Shown in pieces: positions 1-12,500 of a DNA stretch of 38,303 nt (its first letter is position 1; the number at the start of each line of letters is the position of its first letter). The position numbers and the translations under genes are program-made. This DNA is from Tubiluchus corallicola (taxonomy: Eukaryota > Animalia > Priapulida): NCBI GenBank assembly GCA_030141605.1, contig JAQGDQ010001492.1, positions 1 through 38,303 of the forward strand, read 5' to 3'. The notes beneath the pieces are model-generated. The model was given only the letters and a program-made list of their open reading frames with translations, was not told the origin of the DNA and ran no database searches.

Positions 1-38
1 ATGATGGTCAATGTTTTTAAAATGGCAAATGAAGATTT

Positions 39-103
<65 letters not shown>

Positions 104-190
104 TTACTACTACTACTACGACTACTCCTACTGCTGCTGCTGCTGCTACTGCTACTGCTACTGCTACTACTACGACTACTCCTACTGCTG
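39..190. repeat. (TAC)n/(TGC)n compound microsatellite
   Basis: Direct reading. Confidence 0.95.
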
Positions 191-820
191 CTAATGTACG
201 TAGATACAATCATGTTAAGTACCTCGGTTTTGTGCTCTAATGTACGTAGATACAATCATGTTAAGTACCTCGGTTTTGTGCTCTAATGTACGTAGATACA
301 ATCATGTTAAGTACCTCGCTTTTGTGCTCTAATGTACGTAGATACAATCATGTTAAGTACCTCGCTTTTGTGCTCTAATGTACGTAGATACAATCATGTT
401 AAGTACCTCGCTTTTGTGCTCTAATGTACGTAGATACAATCATGTTAAGTACCTCGCTTTTGTGCTCTAATGTACGTAGATACAATCATGTTAAGTACCT
501 CGCTTTTGTGCTCTAATGTACGTAGATACAATCATGTTAAGTACCTCGCTTTTGTGCTCTAATGTACGTAGATACAATCATGTTAAGTACCTCGCTTTTG
601 TGCTCTAATGTACGTAGATACAATCATGTTAAGTACCTCGGTTTTGTGCTCTAATGTACGTAGATACAATCATGTTAAGTACCTCGGTTTTGTGCTCTAA
701 TGTACGTAGATACAATCATGTTAAGTACCTCGCTTTTGTGCTCTAATGTACGTAGATACAATCATGTTAAGTACCTCGCTTTTGTGCTCTAATGTACGTA
801 GACACAATCATGTTAAGTAC
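191..820. repeat. 46-bp minisatellite, about 13.7 units
   Basis: Unit CTAATGTACGTAGATACAATCATGTTAAGTACCTCG(G/C)TTTTGTGCT, starting at 191, 237, 283 ... 789. Confidence 0.95.
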
Positions 821-889
821 CGGTTGTTTGTAAGCAGAAACGTATTTTAATATGCTAGCCTAGCGGTTTGCCTTTGACTCATGCATCCA

Positions 890-1350
890 CTGCAATTAAA
901 CTTGCTACCAAAGAATTTCTGGAAGGTAAACATTTCATCACTTGCACAGCAGTTTGCTGTAACAGGATTTTTCGGTTCCCCAAATAAAATAGACGAAACA
1001 TTGTAAATAATACAGGAACTAATACAGGATTTGGTGAAATGAAAACTCTTAATCTTTATCAATTAAAAAAAGCATCAAAGAATTACCTACTACAACAGTA
1101 TAATTAACTCACAATTTTACTCATCCTGATCTTAAGTTACTAACAAAACTTATTTTGTTCTAATGTAAATTATAACTGATGAAAATATTATGCAATGTTA
1201 ATTGTCAATTGTTCCACTTATCTGGAGGAGGACTCGAAAGCTCAATGCTCCTTCCTCCTCCTCACAGTAACTCGTTTAGTTTTTTTTTTCCAACGTAAAA
1301 ACAATTTGTATGTATGTTTGTGTTGCTGTGGAATAAATTCATAATTCATT
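890..1350 (+). mobile_element. Decayed L2/CR1-group LINE 3' end
   Basis: EMKTLNLYQLKKASKNYLLQQY* resembles an ORF2 terminus, followed by a GGAGGAGG...CCTCCTCC hairpin and an AATAAATTCAT tail. Confidence 0.35.
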
Positions 1351-1603
1351 ATGTCAATGTTTGTGCTTTCCATTACAGAGAGACAACAATTTCTCACTGA
1401 CAAATCTTTTACTGAATATTAATATGTGAATCTTTTGCAGTGCACTGAAATTAGACAAATTAGTGTTTGAAAATGAAAAATGTTAAGGTTACCTCTTTAG
1501 AAACATTAGGTGCTTTCAAGGAGCTTTAGTAATGATAGTAATAAAAATACATACATCGGTACAAAGAAACCACATGTAAGTTGTATAATGGTGCGGAAAT
1601 GGT

Positions 1604-1605
<2 letters not shown>

Positions 1606-1682
<77 letters not shown>

Positions 1683-1713
1683 GTGTGTGTGTGTGTGTGT
1701 GTGCGTGTGTGTG
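1606..1713. repeat. (GT)n microsatellite
   Basis: Direct reading. Confidence 0.95.
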
Positions 1714-1872
1714 CATTAGAAGAGAGAAAAATATTGTATGCAGTTTTATGCAGTTTTATCATAGTGCATCGTGTTTGTTCAGAATAGTGCATGTTATTAT
1801 GTGAACTAACACTGATTGTCTGTCTTTTCTATTATGACGGCCAATGTTTTTAAAAAGGCAAAATAAAGATTT

Positions 1873-1874
1873 TA

Positions 1875-1940
<66 letters not shown>

Positions 1941-2053
1941 TTACTACTACTACTACGACTACTCCTACTGCTGCTGCTGCTGCTACTGCTACTGCTACTG
2001 CTACTACTACGACTACTCCTACTGCTGCTGCTGCTACTGCTACAACAACAACA

Positions 2054-2096
<43 letters not shown>

Positions 2097-2097
2097 T

Positions 2098-2142
<45 letters not shown>

Positions 2143-2154
2143 AACTACTACTGT

Positions 2155-2220
<66 letters not shown>

Positions 2221-2230
2221 ATATTACTAC
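1873..2230. repeat. (TAC)n compound microsatellite
   Basis: Direct reading; flank and interruptions duplicate 1-190. Confidence 0.95.
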
Positions 2231-2309
2231 ATAAACTACTTTTCCATCAGTAATGATGAAAAAACTAACACACGGTCAAGAGAGGTACAAAATTTTCTAA
2301 AGACTCTAA

Positions 2310-2485
2310 GGAATTTTTAATACGGAAAAATACAAATTTTAATACGGAAAAATACAAATGCGGGAATTTTTAATACGGAAAAATACAAATGCGGGAATGT
2401 TTAATACATAAAAATACAAATGCGGGAATTTTTAATACATAAAAATACAAATGCGGGAATTTTTAATACATAAAAATACAAATGC
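2310..2485. repeat. 31-bp minisatellite, about 5.5 units
   Basis: Unit GGGAATTTTTAATAC(GG/AT)AAAAATACAAATGC. Confidence 0.9.
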
Positions 2486-2919
2486 ATTCTCTATGCAGCA
2501 AGTGGTAATGTTGACCATCTGCCAAATGTCTACACAGATAGCAGAAAGCTAAAAACTTGCTAAACTAGAACATGTTAGTCACATTTCAACGAATAAACCA
2601 CATAGTGGTGAAATTTACTGCAAGGAAGAATTCGTTAACCTCCTCACTGCCTCGGAGTTTGTACTGCAGCTGGTGTAGGAGAATATTTCAAGAAACATAA
2701 AGTTGCTACGTCACCATCAGGTTTGCTATCAAAACTATAATTGCCACCACAGGTCCGTAACAGTTGACCACCGCCACCGCCCCCCCCCCCCCCCATGCTG
2801 CTAACCACTACCATCACAAGTATCACCATTTTCATCAACATCATGTGATTTCAAAAGTAATTTTGTTTCGTGTGATATAGTTCAAAGCACCTTGTAAAGT
2901 GCAGGATATAAAACAAGTA

Positions 2920-3206
2920 CAGTCGACCCTCGTTAAACCGGACCCCGTTAGCCCGGATATTGGATAAGACGGACGTCATCCGTGGTAAAGAAAACTGACC
3001 GATTTCCGTCCGAGCCCGAGCGCTAAACACAACACGGCCTACCAACTGTACAATATTTTCTTTATCCTCACAGGTTAACTATTTTAAAGTAATATACATT
3101 ATAGTATATAGTGCAATAGATATAGGTCTTATTAAGGTGATTATTCCTGTATAATATAGACCATATACAGGCATATCGGATAAATCGGACAATCGGCTAA
3201 ACCGGA
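2920..3206. mobile_element. Tc1/mariner MITE family T1, truncated copy in opposite orientation
   Basis: TA+CAGTCGACCCTCGTTAAACCGGAC; reverse complement of most of 16062-16373; second TIR missing. Confidence 0.8.
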
Positions 3207-3321
3207 TTTATGCTCAAGCTGCTCATTATTTACTGTTGCTAATTTTGTTGTGAAGAAGTTTGTAAATTCAAGCTGAGCATAATAATTTATGCTCTTCTGA
3301 GACTTGCCATAATGATAACTA

Positions 3322-3814
3322 TGGAAATTGTAACTGTATATTTTAGGTGCTGCCATCTATTAACTAATCCTTTTACATTTTACTAGCTAAACTCACCCCT
3401 AGTATAATTGTACGGTCCAGTGAATATGCATATTCACTGGATCTCTCCCTATTTTACAGTAATGGTTTTTGTGAAGCCAAGTTTGCATAATTACCTATAC
3501 CTATATATACTGACTGGATTTACTTTCTAGTCACTGTCTGTCTCACTCCCAACGCAGTGCAGCAGTCGTGATACTCATGTCACTGTCTAACTCTCAGTGT
3601 TCAGTGCAGGACACTCTTGTTCTCAGTGTTCAGTGTAGCAGTCGTGATACTCATTTTACTCACTGTCTAATTCTCAGTGTTCAGTGTAGCAGTCATTCTA
3701 CATATGTGTATTTAGTCTAATAAACTCTTTTCAGTTTTGTGCAGATATGTAGTATAGCGTTTTATTCTTTTTCTACAAAGTGATTCATCTACAACCTCAA
3801 CCATGACTTTCACA
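3322..3814. repeat. Dispersed repeat R2 with internal palindrome
   Basis: Reverse complement of 31234-31680; contains the perfect palindrome TCCAGTGAATATGCATATTCACTGGA (3416-3441) and internal CTCAGTGTTCAGTG subrepeats. Confidence 0.8.
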
Positions 3815-4144
3815 ATAATCATAAAAGAAGTAAAATTCTGAAAGTTTATAGGGAGAAAAAAGAATTCTTTTTGAGACTGAATGAGCATTTTGACTTCGTT
3901 TACGCTAACATAATTATACTTGAAAACAGAAAATATCCGCTTCGTATATTAAAACAACTTATGCTGTTAACACAGAGGGTGTTAAATGTCAAATTAGAAA
4001 CTGTCTTTTAAAACTTATTGACTAATATTTTGAAATACAGAACTGTCAGTTAATACCATTAGCCTTACTTAACATGTACTAGAGCATTTCTACTTTTAAT
4101 CAAAACAAAATACCAGCAAATGGCTTGGTGTAAAAGTTAGAAAC

Positions 4145-4340
4145 GGTAATACAAAATGAAACCTTGCTATGGACTATGTATATATTTCTATACATTTATA
4201 ATCACGCTTTTAACTGCAAGCTTATCACACATTAAATGGTAATACAAAATGAAACCTCGCTATGGAAAATTGCACAATGACTATGTATATATTTCTATAC
4301 ATTTATAATCATGCTTTTAACTGCAAGCTATCACACATTA
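4145..4340. repeat. Local tandem duplication of about 95 bp
   Basis: GGTAATACAAAATGAAACC...TATCACACATTA occurs twice. Confidence 0.8.
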
Positions 4341-4576
4341 TTTACATAAGTTTCGTGAGCTTTTAACGATGTATTCATCACTGGCATTTGGTTTCTGTAG
4401 CACTGACGTCATTGCAATGACATTGTCATCGTTTGCGTAATAGTGATTGTGATTCAGTGGTTTCTTGGCTCACCAATTTAGTTTAAGAATTTTTGAATAT
4501 ATATCCCATTCAGAACGTGAATTAAAATCTGTTTCAAGTATTCTGGAGATTTAATTTAAAATCCAGCACCACCCTC

Positions 4577-4806
4577 GACCCGTTCCCGTTCTCTACATCT
4601 CAGCCGTATAACTTTTGCAAAAAACGGCCGAAAAATGGCCATTTTTGGAGGTTTTTCGCCTCCCGGTGGGCCTAAATCATCAATGGCACGACACTAGATC
4701 GATACCTTTCGTTTGATGTATAGATCGCCGCAAATGGTGCCCCCGTCAAAGCTGTAGCCTCGAATCTTATATATTAAGCCCATACCAAGAATATTAATAT
4801 ATAGAT
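4577..4806 (-). mobile_element. Dispersed repeat R1 (Helitron-like), copy 1
   Basis: Near-identical to 15090-15351 and 37151-37338; all share the sharp end ...AATATATAGAT (minus strand A|TCTATATA, like a Helitron 5' end); no TIR or TSD. Confidence 0.6.
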
Positions 4807-4939
4807 ACAATACAGCAGCATTACTTTTAAACTTCAGACCCCAGAGTTACGCAGTTACATTAAAATTTGTGTATTCTAACTGGCCATTTCTGCTCACTAC
4901 TTGCAAACCGCCAAGCAAATCATACTTAAATCAACGTAC

Positions 4940-5059
4940 CTTATTGTTGACGGTTCTATAGTAATCAGTGCATCCGTCAACTGGTCGAAGAATGTGACTT
5001 TCGAAATCTTGCTTGGTGTACGAATATTTCAACAATGATCCATTCCTCGGAATACATAT
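4940..5059 (-). CDS. ANKRD27: ANKRD27 coding exon 2
   Basis: Acceptor TTTCATTATAG, 120 nt open frame, donor AAG|GTACGT. Confidence 0.85.
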
Positions 5060-6054
5060 CTATAATGAAATAAAAATTTTAATAGGAAACAGATTAGCAT
5101 ACTGTTGTGAATTAGCTAAACCGGTGTTCGTACACAAAGCTGTAAGGAAAGAAAAAACCAGTTGGTTTTTTGATATCGAGAGAATTGTGACATTGGTTCG
5201 ACCGTTTTGCACGAACATCATAATAACAACTAAGCTGCTTGTTTACATGAACTAGTGGCAAATGCAATTTTCCTTTTTTAACTAATAAAATTATTATATA
5301 GTTCAAAATAATATTAGTTTTATGCAGACTTATTATTATTGAAAAAAAACTCCTCACAGAATCCTTGTTTATTCTTTTCTCCAATCCAGGCATTTCTTTC
5401 AATAAACATCATTTATGTCGTTTGGTTTTGCCAAATTCGTCAACGTTTTTCATACACATACTCCAATAACCTTACCATGAAACTACTTAAATCAGGGGTG
5501 TGCAAACTGCGGCCCGCCGAGAGATCTTGTGCGGCCCGCGTAGAGGTTTGTCAATGTAATGAAAGTGCGGCCCACGCGATCTAGCTGAAGTCTGCGCCAA
5601 TATCGCAAAGATAGTGCGGGTAGTTTTTTCCTCTAGATCGGATGGCATTAACCCTTACAAGACAGTTGTCACTTTATGTCACTGTCGGACATTATGGTTT
5701 TTAATATAAATTTTAATAACTTCTAAAATAGTTTCTTGAGTGTAGTAGTGCAGTAGTAATGATGTGACAGATCAGATGCAGAAGAATCGTTATCAGGTCC
5801 TACTGTACTTGGCTCCTTGACCAAACTGCATGTGGCCCACAGGAATTGCAGGAAAGTTTAATGTGGCCCGGCTAGTCAGATAATTTGCACACCCCTGACT
5901 TAAATTATCGCTCAAACAAATTACAAAAAAGCGAGACATATATATATACCAGCCACTGCTTTGTAGTCGCACTATCAAATAACTCTTTGAACTTTGATTG
6001 TAGGCAGAGGAAAAAACTATTTTGCAGCAAGTCTTCATCATAGGTAGAAGTCAT
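4940..6054 (-). CDS. ANKRD27: ANKRD27/VARP (VPS9-ankyrin repeat protein), first two coding exons; gene continues past the left edge
   Basis: Exons 6054-5950 and 5059-4940 splice GT-AG in phase 0 to MTSTYDEDLLQNSFFLCLQSKFKELFDSATTKQWL|ICIPRNGSLLKYSYTKQDFESHILRPVDGCTDYYRTVNNK. This matches the VARP N-terminus as I recall it (MALYDEDLLKNPFYLALQ...VLVPCKGSL...FESYILIPVEEHFQTLNGK). I did not find the next exon (FEETFY motif) in 1-4939. Confidence 0.85.
5493..5897. mobile_element. hAT MITE family H1
   Basis: TIRs CAGGGGTGTGCAAA, perfect 8-bp TSD ACTTAAAT, subterminal GCGGCCC motifs; lies in an ANKRD27 intron. Confidence 0.9.
5950..6054 (-). CDS. ANKRD27: ANKRD27 coding exon 1
   Basis: ATG at 6054, 105 nt, YDEDLLQN motif, donor GTATAT at 5949; acceptor TTTCATTTTAG 27 nt upstream of the ATG. 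Confidence 0.85.
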
Positions 6055-8707
6055 TATGTGAAAAACCAGCAATACAGCAACCTAAAATGAAATACACAAG
6101 TTACCAAAATTTTACGTTCTCACAGACTATCTACCAAATAAACTTTAATATATCAAGTATATTCCTACAGATACACCCAAAAATACCTGTACAGCAAGTT
6201 GATCTAGTCTACTTGGTCAAGAGAAATTGCACAGTCCTGAAAGGGGCAGTTCCCTTTACCAATTTACACAATATAATTAAAAAATGATATAACTAATTAA
6301 ACCAGATCTTTCTTTGGATGCTTATCAAGGAAGTTTGCAGTTCATGTTTACAGAAACTAAAATCATGCATTTTGTTTTTGCAAGAAAAATACTTAGTATA
6401 TACATGCTCAGTTGTCCTGGCTTTAAATTATTTGTGAATCTATATAAACTAGAACTAACACCTGTCCAACTGTGTTGCTTTTCAAGTGGTTAACCCCTTG
6501 AGAAGGTGTCAGAAAGCCTTTTGACTAATGTCATGAATGCATTACTACATGGCACAGTATACATCATAATTGTCCTTTTTAAAAAACAGAAAGTGAAGTT
6601 AAACTCTATGTAATGAAGCCTACAAGAGACTTCACTCTTCAAAAGCCATAAGAAAACAATAATATTAACTTTTTAAGGGCCCATCAATAATTCATTGATT
6701 AAAGGCACACCAAAACAAAGATTCCAGTCTAGCAATTTCTAAAGTGGGCCAGCAAATAAGTTTCAAGAAACTTGCAAAATAATGTACATCATAAGTTCTC
6801 ACGACAGCACTATTTAATCTTATAAAGAATGGATAAGCACTTTATGATCCTAGCAGTAATTAAGATCGGTTGTTTCAAGTAGAGTGACATCACCATCACT
6901 TTAGCCACCTATTATAACAAGAATGTATCTCCTCCCTTAAACCTATTGTGATTGGTTTCTCATACATTGCAGATGATTAATGTAAAAATGAGCATACAAA
7001 AATTCGTTGTAATTTTTCCTCAATTCATCGATCTTGCTTTAACTTTTTCTCAAAACTACATTTTTCTGACTGATACTAATGGTGGCAAGGCTAAGTAAGG
7101 CCTAATTGCAGAAGCAAAGTTGAGACTGGAAAATTGAAACAAAAACTAAAACAAAAAACTGAACTAAAATTTTACACGGGATAAGGTCACGAAACTCAAA
7201 CCACCCATCTGATTTACAGAATAAAAAAATTCACTAGCTTACTAGAACTGTCGAAATATGATTCGACAAAATTCACGTGACATTACTCATAATTCTAAGC
7301 TAAGTAAACTCCATAAATTTCCATTGCTGATTCAGCGAAGTAAACAAAAATGGCTGGGAAATAGCAAAAATCTTTTTATAAAGACCCTTGATTCACTCAT
7401 GGCTCCGATTGACTAACAGTAAATCACAGTTCTGCGCTTTCATAAGTGCCAAGTATGAAGTATGATCAAGTAGATAAGCAGAATAGCAGATAAAAAATGG
7501 CACAGGGAAAATGGCACAAATGGAAAAATAGCTAAAATAGATAAAGGTAAATAAAAAACATATGTGTTGCTTTGATACAGTTAAATTCAATTGTAGGAAA
7601 ATAATTAAAAAAAATTATGATACAACTTGTAATATACATTATACAATAGCCATTGGCTAAAGGGGCTCCCTTTAGGGCGAAAGGTGTTTTGTTAGTCAGT
7701 TGAACGTTCTGTTCAAAGCTGGGAGAACTTCAAATGGAAACCACTAATCGAGCGATTAAGCATGTAGCTTCTATACATATTTGAGCAATTGGTGTAGCTA
7801 CTGGACCAGTATAGATAGCAGATTCAAAACAAAACTGCTATGCTAGCATGTTACTGATTGTTGGAAAAATGTTCCTTAGAAAAACAATTAGCAAACGATT
7901 GTTTGCTGATAAGATAATTATGGTGTTAGTCATAACAAATTATAATTATCTATAGTGGTCTCCAAAGTACCCAAAGAACAGATTAATTAATTTAAGTTAT
8001 ACATCAAAGAAAAGACTGCAGATATACATACACAATTAAGTAACAGTGGCATTTGTAGTCTCAGTTACTAACTCTTCAGCCATATTTATTAGGATTTATT
8101 ATTTTAATGACCTTGACGTTTTCACTACATTTTAAATATTTTGCTTCATATTTTACATGTGATGTCATCATGATGAAATATTTGTATTGTTTGTAATGAA
8201 ATCCATGTGCCTTGAATGTATTATTGTTATGTTATAATTATTATTAACAAAAAATAAAATTATTAATAATAAAATTTGCCTGCTTCTGACTCTAATATAA
8301 TATATTATACTAATTTAATGCAAATAAACTCATTTTGCTAAAGATGCTACTTTTTCAAATTTTTCCATTTGTACCATTTTTCCTGAACCATTTTTTTGTG
8401 CCATTAATTACCCAAATAATTGTAAATATTTCACATTTTTTCAAGTACCATGTGCTACATGCTGAATTGTGATCCTGTCTCCATGCTTCATGTCTCTCCA
8501 TGCTTTGAGATTGTAATATTTTTTGACGATGCATTATGTTATTCATGTTATTGACCTTAAGATTATAATTACATTATTTTTTCAATTTAAGTCCAACTTA
8601 ATTTTACAACATTATTTTTATGTCCAGTCATCTACTTTGCTTTACTCGCTCTATTTTTGTTACACCTCTTAATTTTGCAGGAATAGGAAACACAGGTTTG
8701 TTAGGTT

Positions 8708-8755
<48 letters not shown>

Positions 8756-8775
8756 CGCGCGCACGTGCGTGTGTG
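8708..8775. repeat. (GT)n(GC)n alternating purine-pyrimidine tract
   Basis: Direct reading. Confidence 0.9.
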
Positions 8776-8886
8776 ATTATAGATGGTTAATAAGGCAATT
8801 AATAAGGCGATAATAGGCAACTAGAGGATTTCTGTGGCTGACTAGACTTTTTTATCAGTTGCATAAATAATAAACTAACTATTGGC

Positions 8887-9024
<138 letters not shown>

Positions 9025-9372
9025 GATAATTATAATTATTATTAAAATATCATAGAATTTGGCATAATTAATTATTAATCGTTTTACGTAATATATCTTT
9101 ATATTACTTTAGTACTGTACGTGTCAGTTCCATTGACTTTGATTTTTAAAGGCATCTTGAGCATTTTGGTAATATTGCCAATTATAGATTAAAGCCTACT
9201 ATACGCGTTCAAATGTGACAAAGTCAGCACATCCATAGATCAATAACAGCACCAACTAGCTTCATCTACTATAATCGTAAAGATTCCTTATATTGCTAGA
9301 AGTACTTAATGGCGAGTTCTTGTCTGTAACAGGTTTTTTAATTCGAAAAAACGCAAAAATGGCATTCACGAT

Positions 9373-9548
9373 ATGAAGCAGCACAAATGGGGTCTCCTTA
9401 TTGTCCTTCTTTTATTTGTTCCTCAGTTCATTTTATCGCAGAACAGCAAAAGTGAAGAAAATGGGGGCCCAGCGTCATCTTCACTTACAAGTTCGTCGAA
9501 AGAAAAGAAAGCTAATGAATCTGGTCAGTCTGCGGAGAAAGAGAAAAG
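9373..9548 (+). CDS. SLC9A8: NHE8 coding exon 1 (signal-peptide-like N-terminus)
   Basis: [23 protein letters not shown] hydrophobic leader; donor AG|GTATAA in phase 2 fits exon 2. Poorly conserved region, so less certain. Confidence 0.7.
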
Positions 9549-12500
9549 GTATAAAGTGCGTTTTTCTTTAAGTTATTCCACATCTCATAATCAGTGTAGC
9601 ACACCTGGCAATCTACCTTTAAAACACTTCATAAATAACGCTTAAAAAATTGTTAAAATTTTTATATCATTTACGATTACACTTAGTTATTGCTGTCTTA
9701 TTGCATACAGGGTTTGCGTTACCAGCAGCACTGTATAAAACTTGTAAATATAAACTCTCGTGATTTATGGAATCAGTTGTGCACTGGGATGGCAATGCAG
9801 TGCCGTTTTCCAAGGTGGTGTGAACATTTTAAATTTTTAAGAATTTTCCAACTACACAAGTCTTTCAAATAGGTAAGCGTAATGCTAACCAATATAACTT
9901 TGTGTGGAAAATTCTTTGGGATGAACTTTATAAATTCCTTTTTCTCGTCAAGTACCTGTCTTTGAAGATAGTTACTTTCTAAGAATACCTGGCACGGTGT
10001 TAACTTATTACACATTATCAAATAAACAGAACCAACAACCACGTGACAAGATGTTATTCTTATAATGTCTCTTAAAGGACAAGAAAGGGGGCGCCTGAAA
10101 TAGGTTTCAGAAAAATCGCTTTAAAAAATTATATTACTTTATAGCAATTTTATGTGTATATCATACTCAGTTTGAAAGGATTTTTTGTTTGTTTTCATTT
10201 TAAAACTGCCGCAGTACTGCTCTGACCTCACCATTATATCACGTCATACACGCACAACGTAAATCAGAGAAGTAAAGGAAATGTTAAACTATATCCCAAA
10301 AAATTTTCCATGCAACGTTGTGTTATTTAGCATTTCGCTTAGCTGCGTGAAAGACTTATGAAACTAGAAAAGAAAATTATTAATTATTTAGAATGTTTTC
10401 ACCAATTAGTAAAATATCACTGACTGTCCTCCAGGGTGCACCACTCGCTAACAAAAAAAACGTATTCTTAATAGATATATTGACAAGACACAGTAATTTA
10501 AAATTTTGCTTAGTAAGTGACGAAAGCTCTGTGCTAAAATTATTTTTTCAAACTTTACTCACTGTTATCAAAACTTGTTTCAAATGACTTATCGTCAAAA
10601 TGGCTAACGGTCATCTCATGAGTTTAAATTTACAAGTTTTATAAGACCTTAGTGCCGACGCGAACCCTGTATGCAAAAACGCAGTATGTAAGTGGTATAA
10701 AATTTCAAGACGAATTTTTATAAGCTTCATCAAAGTGGAGGGTTTTCTTGTGCTTTAAGGTACCCTGTGCTTTAAGGTAATGTCTTATTAACATTAAAGA
10801 TTTTTACCTTATGTATGCAACATCTTCATTTACTGTGAATCTGGAGGAGGAAGCCCGCTAAAACTTAGTAAAGTATTACTGACAGTCACACAGACATGCC
10901 CACCTACTACTGCATTTCTCTGGTGATAAATCATACCAATAAGCTTTCGTTAAATGTTGTCCAACTGCTTGAGTGCAAGTTAACCTTTCTTGATAAGATA
11001 TCTTCAAAACTAGAACTTATGAAATTTAGTAAACGTTTATATGGCGTTCGCTAAACAAAACGATTCCTTTTACAGGCTGTAGATATTTTTACACTGTAAA
11101 ACATGAAATTAATTAATGTCTGGAAATGTCTGCAAATTTTGTGTGGACGGCCTTGACACAATAATTTCCAGGCATATAAATTACATTTAGTAATCAAGGT
11201 GCTGGTAAACATGCTTGTAAATGTAAATGTACGCTGCTAAACACAAACAATGTTATTCAGGTAATGCATTGTTGGGCAATGTGGCTTCGTGCTTTGGTGC
11301 CCACTAAACAGCAACTAAACCAATGATCATGAAATTAAGCCATAAATTTCCATTAATCTTTACCTTTGTAGTTTGTTTAGAATCGTGCATCACTAAAATA
11401 TCACTTTGCAAACAAAGCTTTGAAGCCCAATTGCTATAAATTTAGGTTGCGTTATTTTCCAGTTTACAGTACTATACAGAAGTGGGCTCGTGGTTGCATG
11501 CCTCCTCATGGAATATCACCTTTTATCATCCAATATAGTATACTTTCATGTGTATATTCTCGCTTGGAATACAATGTCTAATTACCCTAATAATTAATCA
11601 CTACTGCTAGATGATTCACTACTTACATTCAAGTCTAACATTTTGATTAGGAAAGTTTGCGGTTAATTATATTATCACAGCCTTGAAAGAGCAAAAAAGC
11701 AGTCAACATCTTGGAATGTTCAAAATTGCCAGTTTATCTACTAGTTTAACTCTTCTATTCCAGGATTAAATAAATGCATTCACGCGCATCTCACTAATGC
11801 AGGGGTGTGCAAATTGTGGCCCGCCGAGAGAATTTGTGCGGCCCGCAAAGAGATTTGTCCACCTAATGAAAGTGCGGCCCGGGCGATTAATTGAGTGTAT
11901 CCAGCTGAAGTCCGTGCCACGATCCCAAAGATAGTGCGGTTAGTTTTTTCTACTAGATCGGATGCCATTAACCCTTACAAGATGGTTGTAGCTTAATGTC
12001 ACTGTACTACACAGACTGTGTGATACACATTACTAATATGCATTGTAATGAAATTACCACTATCTGTCCTGAAAGTAGAAATATATGGTTTGTAATATAA
12101 ATTTTAATAACTTCTAAAATAGTTTCTTGAGTGTAGTAGTAATGATGTACGCAGGACGGATGCAAAAAACAATCATTATTAGGTCCTACTGTACTTGGCT
12201 CCTTGATCAAACTGCCTGTGGCCCCGCAGGAATTGCGGGAAAGTTTCTGTGGCCCGGCTAGTCAAATCATTTGCACACCCCTGCACTAATATATTCGTTA
12301 CTAATAATAGACGAAAAATGCATTTTAATACAAGTAAATAAGCGTAGTAAGTTTATCAGTGTGCATTCTCATAATGTTTGTCTTGTTAAAAAAAACAAAG
12401 TTTATCAGCTGTTGCTAGATCATGTCAGAAGCAAAACAAGGCGAAAGAAACCTTCTATCATTTACAAAAATCACTAAATATTTAAATTGACTAAACTAAA

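Noticed and set aside
191-820. CRISPR-like array of regular repeats (also 13424-14138 and 23755-24278)
   Set aside because: Units are head-to-tail with no unique spacers, there are no cas genes, and the context is eukaryotic.
1493-1523. Possible small minus-strand ANKRD27 exon (SLKAPNVSKE, GTAACC donor)
   Set aside because: No recognisable similarity to the expected next VARP exon, a weak acceptor, and its phase does not fit exon 2.
1844-2320. Poly-Thr mucin-like ORF (also 1-286, 1510-1804 and 29911-30173)
   Set aside because: Microsatellite translations with no splice or homology support.
2644-2844. Gly-rich 66-aa ORF
   Set aside because: Driven by a poly-C/CCA tract, with no recognisable domain.
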